A DNA stretch of 64,000 bases, taken from NCBI GenBank assembly GCA_040220235.1, contig JAVJTO010000017.1. One strand, given 5' to 3'. The notes under the pieces are model-generated. The model was not told the DNA's origin. It searched no databases and was given only the letters and a program-made list of their open reading frames with translations. Numbering within the stretch: position 1 is the first letter of the stretch; every line of letters begins with the position of its first letter. The translations under genes and the position numbers were made by a program. Source of the DNA: Coleofasciculus sp. B1-GNL1-01. Its GTDB lineage: Bacteria > Cyanobacteriota > Cyanobacteriia > Cyanobacteriales > Coleofasciculaceae. Shown here piece by piece: positions 1-13,236 of the stretch.

Positions 1-375
1 AAGAGATGAAGCGATTTTCAGTTTGAGTTCGTTCGTAGTAAGGGCTTTAGCCCTAGATTGGGTTAGGTGACATACATCAACCCTGGACTATCATTAAGGG
101 GAAATTCCTTAATTTGCTCGACTCGCCCCGCTATCGTCAATGGGAAGTGTCTTAATTTTGTTGAGGAACCCGAATCTTTTGTTAATTCAGAATCAAGGAT
201 AACTTGGTGGGTTACGGCGGATAGATGATTCAATAGTTCGTTTCATCAATTGAGTACCGCCTAACCCACCCTACGGGTTAAAAGGTTTATCTATTTAGGT
301 GTGCCAAGTCACTACAAATGTAAACTTTTATAACGCTTTATCCCCTCACCCAAGCCTAGTGGTAGGATGAACAAC

Positions 376-1852
<1,477 letters not shown>

Positions 1853-1876
1853 CTTGAAATTATAACACATATAAGC

Positions 1877-1910
1877 AAAGGGTGGGTATTACCCACCTTT
1901 TTTTCTTTTT
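1877..1910 (+). terminator. Intrinsic terminator of thiC
   Basis: GGTGGGT-ATT-ACCCACC hairpin followed by a T run. Confidence 0.8.
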
Positions 1911-2198
1911 TATTAGTCGGAATTGATTCTTCTGACTTATGCATGTTTTCGCGGTTTCAGTCAAAATAGTTACCAGCACGTCATTAATGTTCATCCTTCA
2001 AGTGGTGTGGCTACCATTTAGATACATTGTGCAGTGTTTCAAAACGGTTAACCCTTGTTTAAGCCGAATCGTCAACGTAGAAGGTTAAAAAAAAATCTGA
2101 TTAGAGGAATTGTCAGTATCATCAGATGGCTGGCAAAACTCGGTAAAGGTTTGTATAACACAATAGTGTCGCATCAGCGTTCCTCTACTCAACCCCCG

Positions 2199-3752
2199 AT
2201 GCAAGCTGCACCCGTACCCCGCAACGAAGCCGAGCGGATCGAGGCTCTTCAGGGGTACAACATCCTTGATACACTACCCGAACAAGATTTTGATGACCTC
2301 ACAGCTTTAGCCTCACACATCTGTGGGACTCCCATCGCCCTGATTAGCCTGATTGATCAAAATCGCCAGTGGTTTAAATCCAAAGTTGGCATCGAGGCGC
2401 AAGAAACACCCAGAGACCAGGCATTTTGCGCTCATGCAATTCTGAATCCCGAAGATATCATGGTTGTACCCAACGCCTTAGAAGATGAGCGGTTTGCGGG
2501 GAATCCTCTAGTAACGTCTGATCCGAATATTCGATTTTATGCTGGCGCTCCCTTGGTGACAAAAGATGGTTTTCCCCTGGGAACCCTCTGTGTGATTGAC
2601 CAGATTCCTCACGATCTCACACCGCAACAGATCAACGCCCTACAAGCGCTAAGCCGTCAGGTGATTAACCAAATGGAACTACGGTTGAATTTAACTCGGT
2701 TAAATCGCCAAATTGCTAGGCGCAGAGAAGTCGAAGCCAAACAGCGATTATCAGATCAGCAAGTCGTCGAACTCCTCGAAAGCATGACTGATGGATTTTT
2801 TGCCTTGGATCGACAATGGCGGTTTACCTATATTAATCAAGTCGGCGCTCAAATTTTACAGCGCCAACCTGAAGAATTACTGCGCCAGAATTTCTGGGAT
2901 GCTTTTCCCGATGCGGTGGGTTCAAAATTTGATCGGCAATATAACAAAGCAATGGATCAACAGAGTCCTGTCACGTTTGAAGCCTTCTACCCACCGATCA
3001 GATGTTGGTTTGAAGTGCGAGCTTTTCCCTCCTATGAAGGACTCTCGGTTTTCTTTCATGACATTACCCAACGCAAGCAAACCGATGCGGCTTTAAAACG
3101 GGAAAAGCAAAAAGTTGAGAACTTGTTACTGAATATTCTGCCCCAACCCATTGCCAAGCAGTTGCAACATGAGCCAGGATTAATCGCCCAGAAACATGAG
3201 GATGTGACAATTTTATTTGCCGACTTGGTAAAGTTCACTCAACTAGCGGGTCAGATTTCTCCCCAAGAGCTAGTTAGCTTGCTCAACCGGATCGTTTCCA
3301 CGTTTGACCAACTCGCTCAAAAGCATGGTTTGGAAAAAATTAAGACCATTGGTGATGCTTATATGGTGGTTGGCGGACTTCCTACTCCTCAGCATAATCA
3401 TGCCGATGCGATCGCGCAAATGGCGCTGGAGATGCAACAGAGTCTTGCCCAAATTAACACCGCCACGGGTAAGAATTTTCGCTTGCGGATTGGGATTAAT
3501 ACCGGAGTCGTGATTGCGGGCGTCATCGGCACAACTAAGTTTAGCTATGACATTTGGGGTGACGCGGTGAATATCGCTAGTCGCATGGAATCTCGCGGTC
3601 AACCGGACAAAATTCAGGTGACTGAGACAACGTATCAGCGCTTGCGAGACAAGTATGAGTTAGTCGAACGGGGGTTTATCCGGGTTAAAGGCAAGGGTAA
3701 GATGAAAACCTATTGGTTAATGGGTAAAAAGCCGAAAATTGTGCAACAGTAA
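2199..3752 (+). CDS. GAF-PAS class III adenylate/guanylate cyclase (frame open from 2055; ATG 2199 preferred)
   Basis: GAF (RFYAGAPL), PAS ([11 protein letters not shown]), cyclase ([36 protein letters not shown]). Confidence 0.9.
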   Translation: MQAAPVPRNEAERIEALQGYNILDTLPEQDFDDLTALASHICGTPIALISLIDQNRQWFKSKVGIEAQETPRDQAFCAHAILNPEDIMVVPNALEDERFAGNPLVTSDPNIRFYAGAPLVTKDGFPLGTLCVIDQIPHDLTPQQINALQALSRQVINQMELRLNLTRLNRQIARRREVEAKQRLSDQQVVELLESMTDGFFALDRQWRFTYINQVGAQILQRQPEELLRQNFWDAFPDAVGSKFDRQYNKAMDQQSPVTFEAFYPPIRCWFEVRAFPSYEGLSVFFHDITQRKQTDAALKREKQKVENLLLNILPQPIAKQLQHEPGLIAQKHEDVTILFADLVKFTQLAGQISPQELVSLLNRIVSTFDQLAQKHGLEKIKTIGDAYMVVGGLPTPQHNHADAIAQMALEMQQSLAQINTATGKNFRLRIGINTGVVIAGVIGTTKFSYDIWGDAVNIASRMESRGQPDKIQVTETTYQRLRDKYELVERGFIRVKGKGKMKTYWLMGKKPKIVQQ

Positions 3753-4167
3753 GAAGTAGGCGAACCACTCGCACTCCTATTCCCTTCTAGGTTCTGCCTT
3801 CTACTATAAATCGTGACCAATTTGAGGGTTAATGGATGTATCCTGAAGGGGTGACAAGCAGCTCAAAAGCTTTGCAGACAAAGCATTTCCCCCCTCAAGC
3901 CTCAAAAAGATGAGAGCTTATTGACAAGCTTACCCTCGAACAAAGAGGTGAATGAGTTGGAATTGAGGAGGGCGTGATAGTTATCTATAGGGTTCTGATT
4001 CAGGATAATATAGATAATCAGTGCCTAAATACTGCATTGGATTTTAAATCAGAGTTATAAATTGACCAAAGATTTCCTCTCAGAGTATGTTTATGAACAG
4101 AAGAAAGGGGAAAAAGTTGTTCTTGGCTGCTCCTTTCCTCTGGTAACGGCTAATCTGGAGAGGATAA

Positions 4168-4953
4168 ATGTCCGACGTTCAAGATGCATCACCCAATCAA
4201 CTGGTTTGTACAGTTTTGCCGACTTACAACGAGCAGGACAATATCAGTGCGCTGATTGAGCGCCTGCTGGCGAGTAACGCGACACCTTACCTGGTGCTTG
4301 TGGTTGATGACAACTCCCCTGATGGCACATGGGAGATTGTAGAACAGTTTGCCGATCGCTATCCTATTTCCTCTACTTCACCAGAGGATGGCAACACGGT
4401 AGGGGTTGCCTTAGTCCGACGGATTGGTGAAAAAGGGTTAACCTCGGCTATCCAGCGTGGCATTGATGAGGCGATTCACACCTATAATGCTGGAATCGTC
4501 ACTTGGATGGATTGTGACCTCTCTATGCCCCCTGAAGACGTACCCAGGCTGGTACAAGCTATCCAGAAAAACGAAGCCGATGTTGCCTTTGGTTCCCGGT
4601 GGGTTCCGGGGGGAACGGATAGAGCTCATGGTTTAATGGCTCGCACCCTGAGTTGGATTATTAATTCCTTCGCCAGAGTGATGCTATACAGCCGGATACA
4701 TGATTACACTAGCGGCTTCATCGCCGCCCGTGCCGAAGTATTGGAGCGTATCAAGCTGCGTGGGGGTTATGGTGAATACTGCATCGATTTGTTATACCGT
4801 GCCAAACGACTGAACTACCGACTCGTCGAAATCCCTTACATCTGCGTACCTCGTACCGCAGGGGAGAGCAAAACGGGTTTAAACTTGTGGGATTACTTGG
4901 TCAAAGGACGCAAATATGTGTCAACTATATGGCAGCTTTCCCGGAAAAAATGA
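4168..4953 (+). CDS. GT2 glycosyltransferase, polyprenol-phosphate-mannose synthase (DPM1)-like
   Basis: LPTYNE, VVDDNSPDGT, WMDCDLS, DYTSGF, GESK motifs. Confidence 0.88.
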   Translation: MSDVQDASPNQLVCTVLPTYNEQDNISALIERLLASNATPYLVLVVDDNSPDGTWEIVEQFADRYPISSTSPEDGNTVGVALVRRIGEKGLTSAIQRGIDEAIHTYNAGIVTWMDCDLSMPPEDVPRLVQAIQKNEADVAFGSRWVPGGTDRAHGLMARTLSWIINSFARVMLYSRIHDYTSGFIAARAEVLERIKLRGGYGEYCIDLLYRAKRLNYRLVEIPYICVPRTAGESKTGLNLWDYLVKGRKYVSTIWQLSRKK

Positions 4954-5242
4954 TTAACTTAAGGCTTGCTGTCGGGAGTGTTGTGGTAGGGGGAGGGAAT
5001 AGGGAATAGGGAACAGGCAATAGGCAATAGTTGAGGGAAGCTATGTAGGGTGGGCACTGCCCACCAACCTTAATTCAGTAACATTCAACTTAGGTGGAAT
5101 GGCACTGACTTTAGAGTTGGTAGTCAGCGCTGTCTTCGCTTCTGGCACTAAAGTGCCTACTACGAAACCAGCTTAAGTCAGTGGCATTTGGATTAGGTTA
5201 CAGTGTCTAATCCCCTAGAAACGTTAGGAGTCTGGTTCTGTA

Positions 5243-6373
5243 TTATTGCCCCGCTTCCAGTAAAATATCTTTAACGGTGGCGGCGACTCGTTCTATCTGT
5301 TCAGGGGTTAACGCCATACCACTGGGAATATAGAAGCCTCGGCGGGCTAAACGTTCAGCGACAGGGTAGGACTCCCCTTTGAACAGTCCCATCTTATGAA
5401 ATACAGGCTGTTCGTGCATGGGCCAAAAGAAGGGGCGACTGCCAATTTTCTCCTCTCTTAATCGTTTCATTGCCTCTGTCGCCTCAAAAGGCACGTCATC
5501 GGTTAAGACGACACCATACACCCAGTAAATGTTTTCCGCATAATCGGTGCGGGTAAGGGGTAACTCTAAACCTGCTACATTCCCAAGAAGTTCTGTGTAA
5601 CGTTGTCCCATCTGGCGTTTACGACTTACAAATTCATCCAACCGCTCTAATTGAGCTAGTCCGACGGCGGCTTGTAAGTTCGTCATGCGGAGGTTCCAGC
5701 CTAAGTCTTCATGGACAAAACGCTGCTGGGGTTGAAAACACAGATTTCGCAGAGAACGACAGCGTTGCGCTAGGTTGTCGTCATCGGTGACAATCATTCC
5801 CCCTTCACCGGTGGTAATGTGTTTGTTGGGATAAAAGCTAAACGTACTAATATCACCTAAGCTGCCACAAGGTTTCCCCTTATAGGTTTGACCATGCATT
5901 TCAGCCGCATCTTCAATCACCAATAAGTTATATTTTTGGGCTAACGCTTGGATGGCGTCCATCTCTACAGGTAAGCCGTAGATGTGGACAACCATAATGG
6001 CTTTGGTTTTGGGGGTAATCTTTGCTTCTACCTGCTCAACATCCATATTCCAGGTGTCAGGATTGCTGTCCACAACCACTGGAATCGCTCCCGCCCTCAC
6101 AATCGCAGTGGCACAGGAGATAATTGTGAATGTAGGCAGAATGACTTCATCCCCTGCACTAATTCCCAGAGCAACGATAGCCGCGTCTAGAGCCATGGAA
6201 CCATTACTCACAGCTATGCCATGTTTTCGTTCTACACGAGTGGCAAATTCGGCTTCAAATTGCTTGACAAATGGTCCTTCAGACGAAATCCATCCGGTGT
6301 CTATACATTCATTGAGATATTGCTTTTCTTTGCCGTCTAACAGAGGTTCATTGACCGGAATTGGTTCTCCCAT
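5243..6373 (-). CDS. DegT/DnrJ/EryC1/StrS PLP aminotransferase (perosamine synthetase-like)
   Basis: GWISSEGPFV, IEDAAE, FSFYPNKHITTGEGG. Confidence 0.92.
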   Translation of the reverse strand: MGEPIPVNEPLLDGKEKQYLNECIDTGWISSEGPFVKQFEAEFATRVERKHGIAVSNGSMALDAAIVALGISAGDEVILPTFTIISCATAIVRAGAIPVVVDSNPDTWNMDVEQVEAKITPKTKAIMVVHIYGLPVEMDAIQALAQKYNLLVIEDAAEMHGQTYKGKPCGSLGDISTFSFYPNKHITTGEGGMIVTDDDNLAQRCRSLRNLCFQPQQRFVHEDLGWNLRMTNLQAAVGLAQLERLDEFVSRKRQMGQRYTELLGNVAGLELPLTRTDYAENIYWVYGVVLTDDVPFEATEAMKRLREEKIGSRPFFWPMHEQPVFHKMGLFKGESYPVAERLARRGFYIPSGMALTPEQIERVAATVKDILLEAGQ

Positions 6374-6379
6374 AGTTGG

Positions 6380-6835
6380 TTAATCCGTTATCTTGACCTG
6401 TTTGCTCTCAACGCCGGGGAAACGAGTCTTGTCCTCATTCCCCACATAAGGACCTTGCTTGACTTCAATCATCTCTATTTCTTCTAAGACTTCAAAGCCA
6501 TGTCCTCCTTTAATCAGGAGAATGACATCCCCAGCTTCTAGGATATGACTCTCTAAATACTGTTGCTGGTCGTCATAAAAATCGACTCGCAGTTTCCCTT
6601 GTTTAATAAACAGAACTTCCTGAGTGTAAAAGACTTCTCGACGGACTTGATTGTGGATGTGAGGAGTAATCGTTTTTCCCGTCGGATGCCTCATGTAGGC
6701 TAGTTGTTGCGAAAAGCTGTCGGGGGTAAAAAAGTGAATACCCGGTTGGTTAAATTCAGTGCTAATAATAATGGCAAATACTTCTTGGTTATGAACAATT
6801 TCTTGTAGTTGTTTTTTGCGAGGTTTTATTAACAT
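6380..6835 (-). CDS. Cupin-fold protein linked to sugar-nucleotide metabolism
   Basis: PHIH...TQEVL...GGHGFE...EVKQGPY cupin motifs; stop 6 bp before the aminotransferase start. Confidence 0.75.
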   Translation of the reverse strand: MLIKPRKKQLQEIVHNQEVFAIIISTEFNQPGIHFFTPDSFSQQLAYMRHPTGKTITPHIHNQVRREVFYTQEVLFIKQGKLRVDFYDDQQQYLESHILEAGDVILLIKGGHGFEVLEEIEMIEVKQGPYVGNEDKTRFPGVESKQVKITD

Positions 6836-6916
6836 TGGGGTTCTCAAAGTAGCGTTTAATCAAGACGACATTGGCGCTATAACTAAGACTTAAAGTATAG
6901 CTCAACGATTACTCGT

Positions 6917-8725
6917 CTACAAGGGTTGCTTAATCGAGGCTTCGTAGATGGGATATTTGCCAAACTGACCTAAATTAGACAATTCAATCTGAAAGCGCTG
7001 CTCACCTTTAGTGAATTGGAGATTATCCTGACTATCTTCCGGTGGCTGGCATTTTCGATAAGGATAGCATACATAAATAAATTGATCCTGATTCTGCTCC
7101 ACTAATACTTTACTCAATTTAACTAAATCATTGCTAGTTTCAGCTTGAAAAAAGAACTTTTCGCCTCTCAGAGGGGGTTCTAGCAATTGAGCCGCATATT
7201 GATGAGACACTGCAATCACCCGTTCTGGACTTTCTGCCAAGAGTTGGGTGGCGGGAGGAATGCCTTGATGCGCCTTCTGCAACGCCACTGTGCCTAAGTA
7301 GGTGTTTTTGTGGATACCAATGGCTAAAAGGACAACGATGGTAAAAATGCTGATGTATTGGAAAAGGGGACGTGATCTGTCCTTGATGAAATTTAACTCC
7401 TCTATCGTTACCCAGGTGACTAGGGGGATAAGAGACAATAAGTATCGCGGTCCCCACTGCTTACCCCCAACCGCAATCTCGTCCGCACCAGAATCTAACA
7501 ATAAACAAGCACCAGCAGTGAACATCACACAGATTAGATAAATTACCCCTATCCTAGCATTGAATTTTACCTCGATTTTTCTGAACACATACAGCCACGC
7601 GATCGCGATGAGGATTGGCAGACTATATTGCTTAATCGCTGTCTTTAATTCAGCCGCACCTCCAGTCAGAAATAGATACCCAGCAGCGGCAATTAATAGA
7701 CCGATTATACCCAGAGTAACGATTTTTAGGTTCAGTTTAGCTTCTAGTCTCTTAAAGACACACAAGAGCAAGTAAAGTAGCGGAAAAAAGGCGATCGGGA
7801 AATACTCAAACCCGACGACACTGAGTTCCTGGAAATTGCCCCAAGCCTCAGCAAGGCGGCGAGTCCAAGAGAACTCCTCGACAATTTCTACCGCATGCAT
7901 TCCCAGAAAAAGACCGTAAACCAGTTTGTTGGCGACAAAAAATAGACTAACTGCCACAAACATACTCGCGATAAACGTTTCTTTGTTTTTGGCTAAATAA
8001 TGGATAGATTTGAAATTAAACTTGTTAAATAAATTCAAAAAATTACTCTTCGCTAAGGCAGCAATAATCACCAAAGCGGATAACGTCGCCACCATAGACA
8101 AAAACTCGGGTCTAAACCAAGCCGATAAACCGATTAAACCGCCACTGACTACAGCACTGGGTTTCGATAAACCCGATGGATATCCGAGCATTAGCAGCAT
8201 TGCCATACCTGCAAAGCAAAGCGCAACGGCAAGGCTATGCTCCCAATACATGGCACTATACAGGGTTAAGTGCGAGGCAAAGATCAGACTAATTAACGCA
8301 ATTGAGGTATGAAATGCGCTAACCTTTAAACGTTTACAGGTAAGATAGAAAGTACCCCAGATTGCCCATGTAGAAACTAACGGAACCAGATAAAGACCTC
8401 TGAAGCCAAAAAGTCCATAAAATGGTGCGGTGACTAGGGGAAACGTAAAGGGAAAGGTAATGTAATAGCGCCCCGTTACATTGTAGACAAACGGTGGTGC
8501 ATAAGGATATAATCCATCCTGCCAAAGATTTCGCACCCAGGCTTCTGAGGGTTGCCACAGATCGAAGCGCCATTCACCCGTACTTAACTGCTGGGCGAGT
8601 AAGGATTTGAGCGCAGCATCGCCGCTAAAATATGTACCTTCGGGAATTTGAAATTGTAAATAGAGTGAAAATAAAACTCCAATGACAATAATCCCTAGAG
8701 GAATCGGCTCAAGCTTGATTTTCAT
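6917..8725 (-). CDS. Polytopic membrane protein, putative GT-C-type glycosyltransferase
   Basis: Many hydrophobic segments; FSGD, WEH, RPE and QWGPRY motifs resemble GT-C/PMT-like membrane transferases. Confidence 0.55.
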   Translation of the reverse strand: MKIKLEPIPLGIIVIGVLFSLYLQFQIPEGTYFSGDAALKSLLAQQLSTGEWRFDLWQPSEAWVRNLWQDGLYPYAPPFVYNVTGRYYITFPFTFPLVTAPFYGLFGFRGLYLVPLVSTWAIWGTFYLTCKRLKVSAFHTSIALISLIFASHLTLYSAMYWEHSLAVALCFAGMAMLLMLGYPSGLSKPSAVVSGGLIGLSAWFRPEFLSMVATLSALVIIAALAKSNFLNLFNKFNFKSIHYLAKNKETFIASMFVAVSLFFVANKLVYGLFLGMHAVEIVEEFSWTRRLAEAWGNFQELSVVGFEYFPIAFFPLLYLLLCVFKRLEAKLNLKIVTLGIIGLLIAAAGYLFLTGGAAELKTAIKQYSLPILIAIAWLYVFRKIEVKFNARIGVIYLICVMFTAGACLLLDSGADEIAVGGKQWGPRYLLSLIPLVTWVTIEELNFIKDRSRPLFQYISIFTIVVLLAIGIHKNTYLGTVALQKAHQGIPPATQLLAESPERVIAVSHQYAAQLLEPPLRGEKFFFQAETSNDLVKLSKVLVEQNQDQFIYVCYPYRKCQPPEDSQDNLQFTKGEQRFQIELSNLGQFGKYPIYEASIKQPL

Positions 8726-8973
8726 GAGTGTGTATGGTGGCAATGGCTGCCCTTTATTTTACATTTATTTAAAAATCTGTGGCAACCACCGAAAATTTCG
8801 TTTATTCTAGGAAAACCATTGTTTTTGACCAATACAGCTTGACAACCCTGGTCGTCTTTAGAGGATTATATTCATATTTATTTACAAAACGTAAAATACT
8901 CCGTCACGTTGATGGCGTATCCTTCACCTAACCTTTACAATTGACGGTTGTATAATTATATAGTCTTAATTTT

Positions 8974-9918
8974 ATGTGGAAACCTTTTAAGCTCGGATCT
9001 TGGTTAATTACGGCGGGTGTTGCCTGGTCACTAGGTTACATTTATAACGTCCACCATGGCGGTGAATTAAGCTTCCTGCGAAAAATGTATGAACACAAGA
9101 TGGCAGTTGCTGAACAAGTACAAGCACCAACGAGAGTGCTGATTGTGGGGGGGTCAGGAGCGAATTATGCCACGAGTGCGGCGGCGATAGAAGCGGAACT
9201 GGGTATTCCGGTGTTCAACCTAGGATTGGATGGACCGGTGGGGCTGAATGTAATCCTGCCTAGTACGTTAGATCAAGTGCGCCCTGGAGATATTGTGCTG
9301 CTGATTCCTGAAGATTTAATTCTTTTAGATGATGATGGATTGTTAGACCGTTCGGTGCCATTTGGCATTGCCATTGGACGACCAGGTTTGGGTGATGTTC
9401 CGCCTCAGCAGCTTGCTGAAAACTTATTGTTAGTGGGAACCCCAACTCTACGAGGACTGACAAAATCGACAATAGATTTGATTGAAAAAGGCGAAATGAC
9501 GGGATATTACTCCGATCCCTTTACTGACCGAGGAGACCCCACAGTGACCAAAGTTCGCAAGGGTGAGTGGTGGAAATGGCGAATTAAGCAACCAATTTCT
9601 GATCATGCCATAGACCGAATCACTGAATTTCGGGAGCAGGTGGAAGCCAAAGGCGCTACTTTAGTTATATCTTTACCTTGGGTCTATGCGAGTACGGAGC
9701 AAGAGACGATCGCGAATATGCGAAAGATTGCGGCGGAACTGGAAAAAATTGCCCCTTTAATCGCCTATGATCAAGAAACCTTTAACCTAAAAAGCGATTC
9801 GAGTTTGTTTGCGGATACCCACCACCACCTTTTACCGGACAGTCGGAAAATTAGAGCGAGAGAATTGGCTGAAGGATTAGAACCCTTTGTTAAGAAAGAC
9901 CGCACCCAGGCGAAGTAA
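8974..9918 (+). CDS. Membrane-anchored hypothetical protein with SGNH-like motifs
   Basis: N-terminal TM helix; IVGGSG block, NLGL, C-terminal D-x-x-H (DTHH). Confidence 0.55.
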   Translation: MWKPFKLGSWLITAGVAWSLGYIYNVHHGGELSFLRKMYEHKMAVAEQVQAPTRVLIVGGSGANYATSAAAIEAELGIPVFNLGLDGPVGLNVILPSTLDQVRPGDIVLLIPEDLILLDDDGLLDRSVPFGIAIGRPGLGDVPPQQLAENLLLVGTPTLRGLTKSTIDLIEKGEMTGYYSDPFTDRGDPTVTKVRKGEWWKWRIKQPISDHAIDRITEFREQVEAKGATLVISLPWVYASTEQETIANMRKIAAELEKIAPLIAYDQETFNLKSDSSLFADTHHHLLPDSRKIRARELAEGLEPFVKKDRTQAK

Positions 9919-10056
9919 GTGAAGTCAGACCAGGGGAAGTTTTCGGAATTCATCTGGCTAAGTTTAATTGAAATGTGAATGTAGGATTTGATGTCTGTTT
10001 AAACTGTTTCAATTGCTGAACGGGTTTTCTCGATACAAAAGAAGGTTTATTTTAGT

Positions 10057-11928
10057 ATGGTTGGTGATAAAGAAAAAGCTAAACGTCCTTTAGCCGCTAA
10101 GATAGAGGAAGTATTTGGGCTTGACCTGCGATCGCTAGCAGTTTTTCGCATCGGTCTGGCGTTGATGGTGATTTGGGATTTAATCATCCGGGTTAAAGGG
10201 TTAAATGCTCATTATACGGATTCTGGGATTCTCCCGCGTAGCGCACTAATTGATGAATTCCTCAATCCCTGGTATCTGTCTATCCATGTAATTAGCGGTG
10301 AGCCTTTTGTCCAAGGGCTACTTTTTTTATTGGCGTTTTTTATCGCTTTGGCGATGTTAGTAGGATATCGCACCCGACTAGCAACAATTGCGACGTGGGC
10401 GTTAGTTATTTCCCTGCAACACCGCAATCCGGCGTTAATTTTTGCCGCCGATGATGTGCTGCGAGCGATCCTATTTTGGGCTATGTTTTTACCCTTGGGT
10501 GCGTCTTATTCGGTGGATAGTGCGCTGAATACATCGACCCAACCGTTACCGAAGCGGGTTGTCTCTGGTGCGACGTTTGCCTTGATGGTACAACTCTGCT
10601 TTATTTATATGTGGTCGGCGGCGTATAAAACCCAGAGTGAGATTTGGTGGCCCCAAGGCGATGCGGTTTATTATTCCTTAAGTTTCGATCAGTATGTATC
10701 GGGATTTGGTCTATTTTTACTGAGCTTTCCGCCACTCTTGTTAAAAGCGATTACATTCAGCGCCCTCTGGTTTGAATGGATCGGACCATTGATGATATTT
10801 ATTCCCTTCCGGAATAGCTTTTTCCGCTGTGTGGCGATTGTTTCATTTATTCTGTTACATATTGGGTTTGAGTTAAGTTTTGAACTGGGGGTTTTATCGT
10901 TTCTGAGTATGGCGACGTGGTTGGCGCTGCTTCCGAGTCCGGTTTGGGATGGACTGGCTAAGCGGTTGAATACCGATAAACGTCGGGGGTTAAGGATTTA
11001 TTATGATGCCGATTGTGGCTTTTGTAAGAAGGTTGTCCATCTGATTCGCACGGTCTTAATTTTGCCGAGAACTCCGTTACGAATGGCTCAAGATGATGCG
11101 TCGATTTGTGCGGATATGGAAGCCCAAAATTCATGGGTGGTTGTGGATTGGCAAGAAAATCGGCATTTTAAGTTTGAAGCTATCGCCTATGTGGTGAGTC
11201 TGTCGCCGTTATTTGGGTTTTTGGCTAGGGTGTTGAGATGGCGTCCAGTTATGGCGGTGGGGACGAGGTTTTATGAGACAATAGCGTCTAATCGACGCAC
11301 GGCTGGGATGTTAACTAAACCGCTCAAGTTTCGCCCGATTGAGGTACGTCCTTCACGGCTGCTGAATGCGATCGCGTTATTTTTACTGATGTTTACATTT
11401 ATTTGGAATCTTCGCAGTTTTGCTGCTCAAACCTTTACCAGACGACCGGTTGAGAAAGATGACTGGATTAGTGCGACGCATAAGTTTTTGAATCGCCGGA
11501 CATTTCAGCGCATTGATCCGGTGAGTCGTTTGACGCGATTGGATCAGTCGTGGAGTATTTTTGCGCCGTCACCGCCTCTAGATGATGGTTGGCATGTGAT
11601 TGAAGGTAAACTGAAGGATGGCAGTGAAATTGATATTCTCCAGGGTGGGGGTGCGGTGAATTGGGATAAGCCGACTCCTCAGCAGTTAAAGGCGATATAT
11701 GGGAATCAGCAATGGCGGGTTTATTTCATTAATTTAAATCGGGCGATCGGGAAAAAGCTTTATCCTTATTATGGAAAGTATCTCTGTCGGACGTGGAATG
11801 CTACCCATGACGGTGGTAAGCAATTGGAGAGTTTTGAGATGTATTTTATGGATGAGAGAACTGTACCGCCAGGTGAACCTCAAGATGTAGAGAAGGTTAA
11901 GAGGTTGGAGCAATCTTGTTCGGATTAG
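10057..11928 (+). CDS. HTTM-domain membrane protein with inserted DCC1-like thiol-disulfide domain
   Basis: DLRSLAVFRI, GYRTR, DQSWSIFAP; YYDADCGFC motif. Confidence 0.8.
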   Translation: MVGDKEKAKRPLAAKIEEVFGLDLRSLAVFRIGLALMVIWDLIIRVKGLNAHYTDSGILPRSALIDEFLNPWYLSIHVISGEPFVQGLLFLLAFFIALAMLVGYRTRLATIATWALVISLQHRNPALIFAADDVLRAILFWAMFLPLGASYSVDSALNTSTQPLPKRVVSGATFALMVQLCFIYMWSAAYKTQSEIWWPQGDAVYYSLSFDQYVSGFGLFLLSFPPLLLKAITFSALWFEWIGPLMIFIPFRNSFFRCVAIVSFILLHIGFELSFELGVLSFLSMATWLALLPSPVWDGLAKRLNTDKRRGLRIYYDADCGFCKKVVHLIRTVLILPRTPLRMAQDDASICADMEAQNSWVVVDWQENRHFKFEAIAYVVSLSPLFGFLARVLRWRPVMAVGTRFYETIASNRRTAGMLTKPLKFRPIEVRPSRLLNAIALFLLMFTFIWNLRSFAAQTFTRRPVEKDDWISATHKFLNRRTFQRIDPVSRLTRLDQSWSIFAPSPPLDDGWHVIEGKLKDGSEIDILQGGGAVNWDKPTPQQLKAIYGNQQWRVYFINLNRAIGKKLYPYYGKYLCRTWNATHDGGKQLESFEMYFMDERTVPPGEPQDVEKVKRLEQSCSD

Positions 11929-12134
11929 TTACCCTCTTTTTGCCACGGCGATTAAAATCGCTACTACACTAATGTATGCGAAGCCTTCCCGAAGGGTAGT
12001 CCGCCTACGCGGACTGAATTATAACAGGGGTGGCTAACTAGGCAGATCATTCTCAAAGAGTAACCCAATTTATCGGCTGCGTTTCCCATTCCCTGTTCCC
12101 TCCCTTCACCACAATACTGATTCAGTCAACCCTA

Positions 12135-12668
12135 ATGAGTTCAATTCTAACTACCCCACTCACTGAATTTCTGTCTCAACCTAATATTGAGTCGTCTCCA
12201 GCATGGGAATTGATCAATGGGTGTGCGATACAAAAGCCGATGCCAACCCTTTTTCACTCGCGGCTACAACGCAATTTGGTTAATTATATTAACCGTCATA
12301 CGGATAGGTTTGAAGCGGTACAAGAACTACGTTGTCTAGTTCCGCCCTATTCTCCAGTCCCAGATATTTCTATTATTAGGATTGATCGTCTGTCGGAAGA
12401 GGATGGACCTTTTGATGGCGCACCCGATTGGTTGATTGAAATTCGCTCACCTGACCAAAGTACGTTAGATTTACAGAAAAAGATTCTCCATTGTCTCAGC
12501 AATGGTACACAATTAGCTTGGTTAATTGACCCCGGAAGTGAACAGGTTTGGGTATGGCAGGGAGATAACTTACCAACCATCTGTTCAGGTTCAGAGGCTT
12601 TGCCTATTTTGGGTAATTTGCCTCAATTGACTGTTGATGCTGTCATGGGAATGACTCGCCGCTTATAA
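12135..12668 (+). CDS. Uma2 family (PD-(D/E)xK) putative endonuclease
   Basis: ELING..QKPMP..HSRLQ, VPDI, PDWLIEIRSP, WLIDP. Confidence 0.88.
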   Translation: MSSILTTPLTEFLSQPNIESSPAWELINGCAIQKPMPTLFHSRLQRNLVNYINRHTDRFEAVQELRCLVPPYSPVPDISIIRIDRLSEEDGPFDGAPDWLIEIRSPDQSTLDLQKKILHCLSNGTQLAWLIDPGSEQVWVWQGDNLPTICSGSEALPILGNLPQLTVDAVMGMTRRL

Positions 12669-12959
12669 TTGGCAAGCTGTCAGGGTGTCGGTTGGGTTGA
12701 CGTAAGGAAACTCAACCAAATCTAGCGTAAACCTGCTGGGCGCAAGCCTTGCGCCCCTACGGACGTGACACAGCTACAATGGTAATAAGTAGTCGGACAA
12801 AAGAAAACAGCACGCCCATGCTTGTTTTGTAAACAAGCCTCAAATCCTTACAAAGGACGAATGACGTAGCTTGCTTCTCGAGGGCAGCGAGTTCTCCACT
12901 GTTCACGTTAATTGTGTCCACTTATACTTATGTGTTTTCTGGGCGTGTGTCGGTGCTAT

Positions 12960-13236
12960 CTGATAATATAATTCACTCTCTGAGAATAAAGGGTGTTTGA
13001 GCCGGATTTTGCGACAAGGGGTAGGTGTTTTTTTGAGTGAACCTAAATTTTTGGCTGTAATGCCGTGGGGGTAAGGCTTTGGAGGTTTTTATCTATTCAG
13101 GAGGTTGTCGCACCTTACGCCGTAAGGGTTTCAGCGATTTTAGGACTTTGGGTTGGCTAGTCGAAGGGTTAAAATTAAGGGGTTGTCGCATTGGGGGATG
13201 CAACTTCTTTCTGGGAGAGGCTTTCAGGATGCGGCA
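12960..13236 (+). promoter_or_regulatory. Probable CRISPR leader
   Basis: Non-coding; GCGACAA and two TTGTCGCA inverted motifs plus recurring AAGG(G/C)TTT(CAG) boxes like cyanobacterial leaders; abuts repeat 1. Confidence 0.65.
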
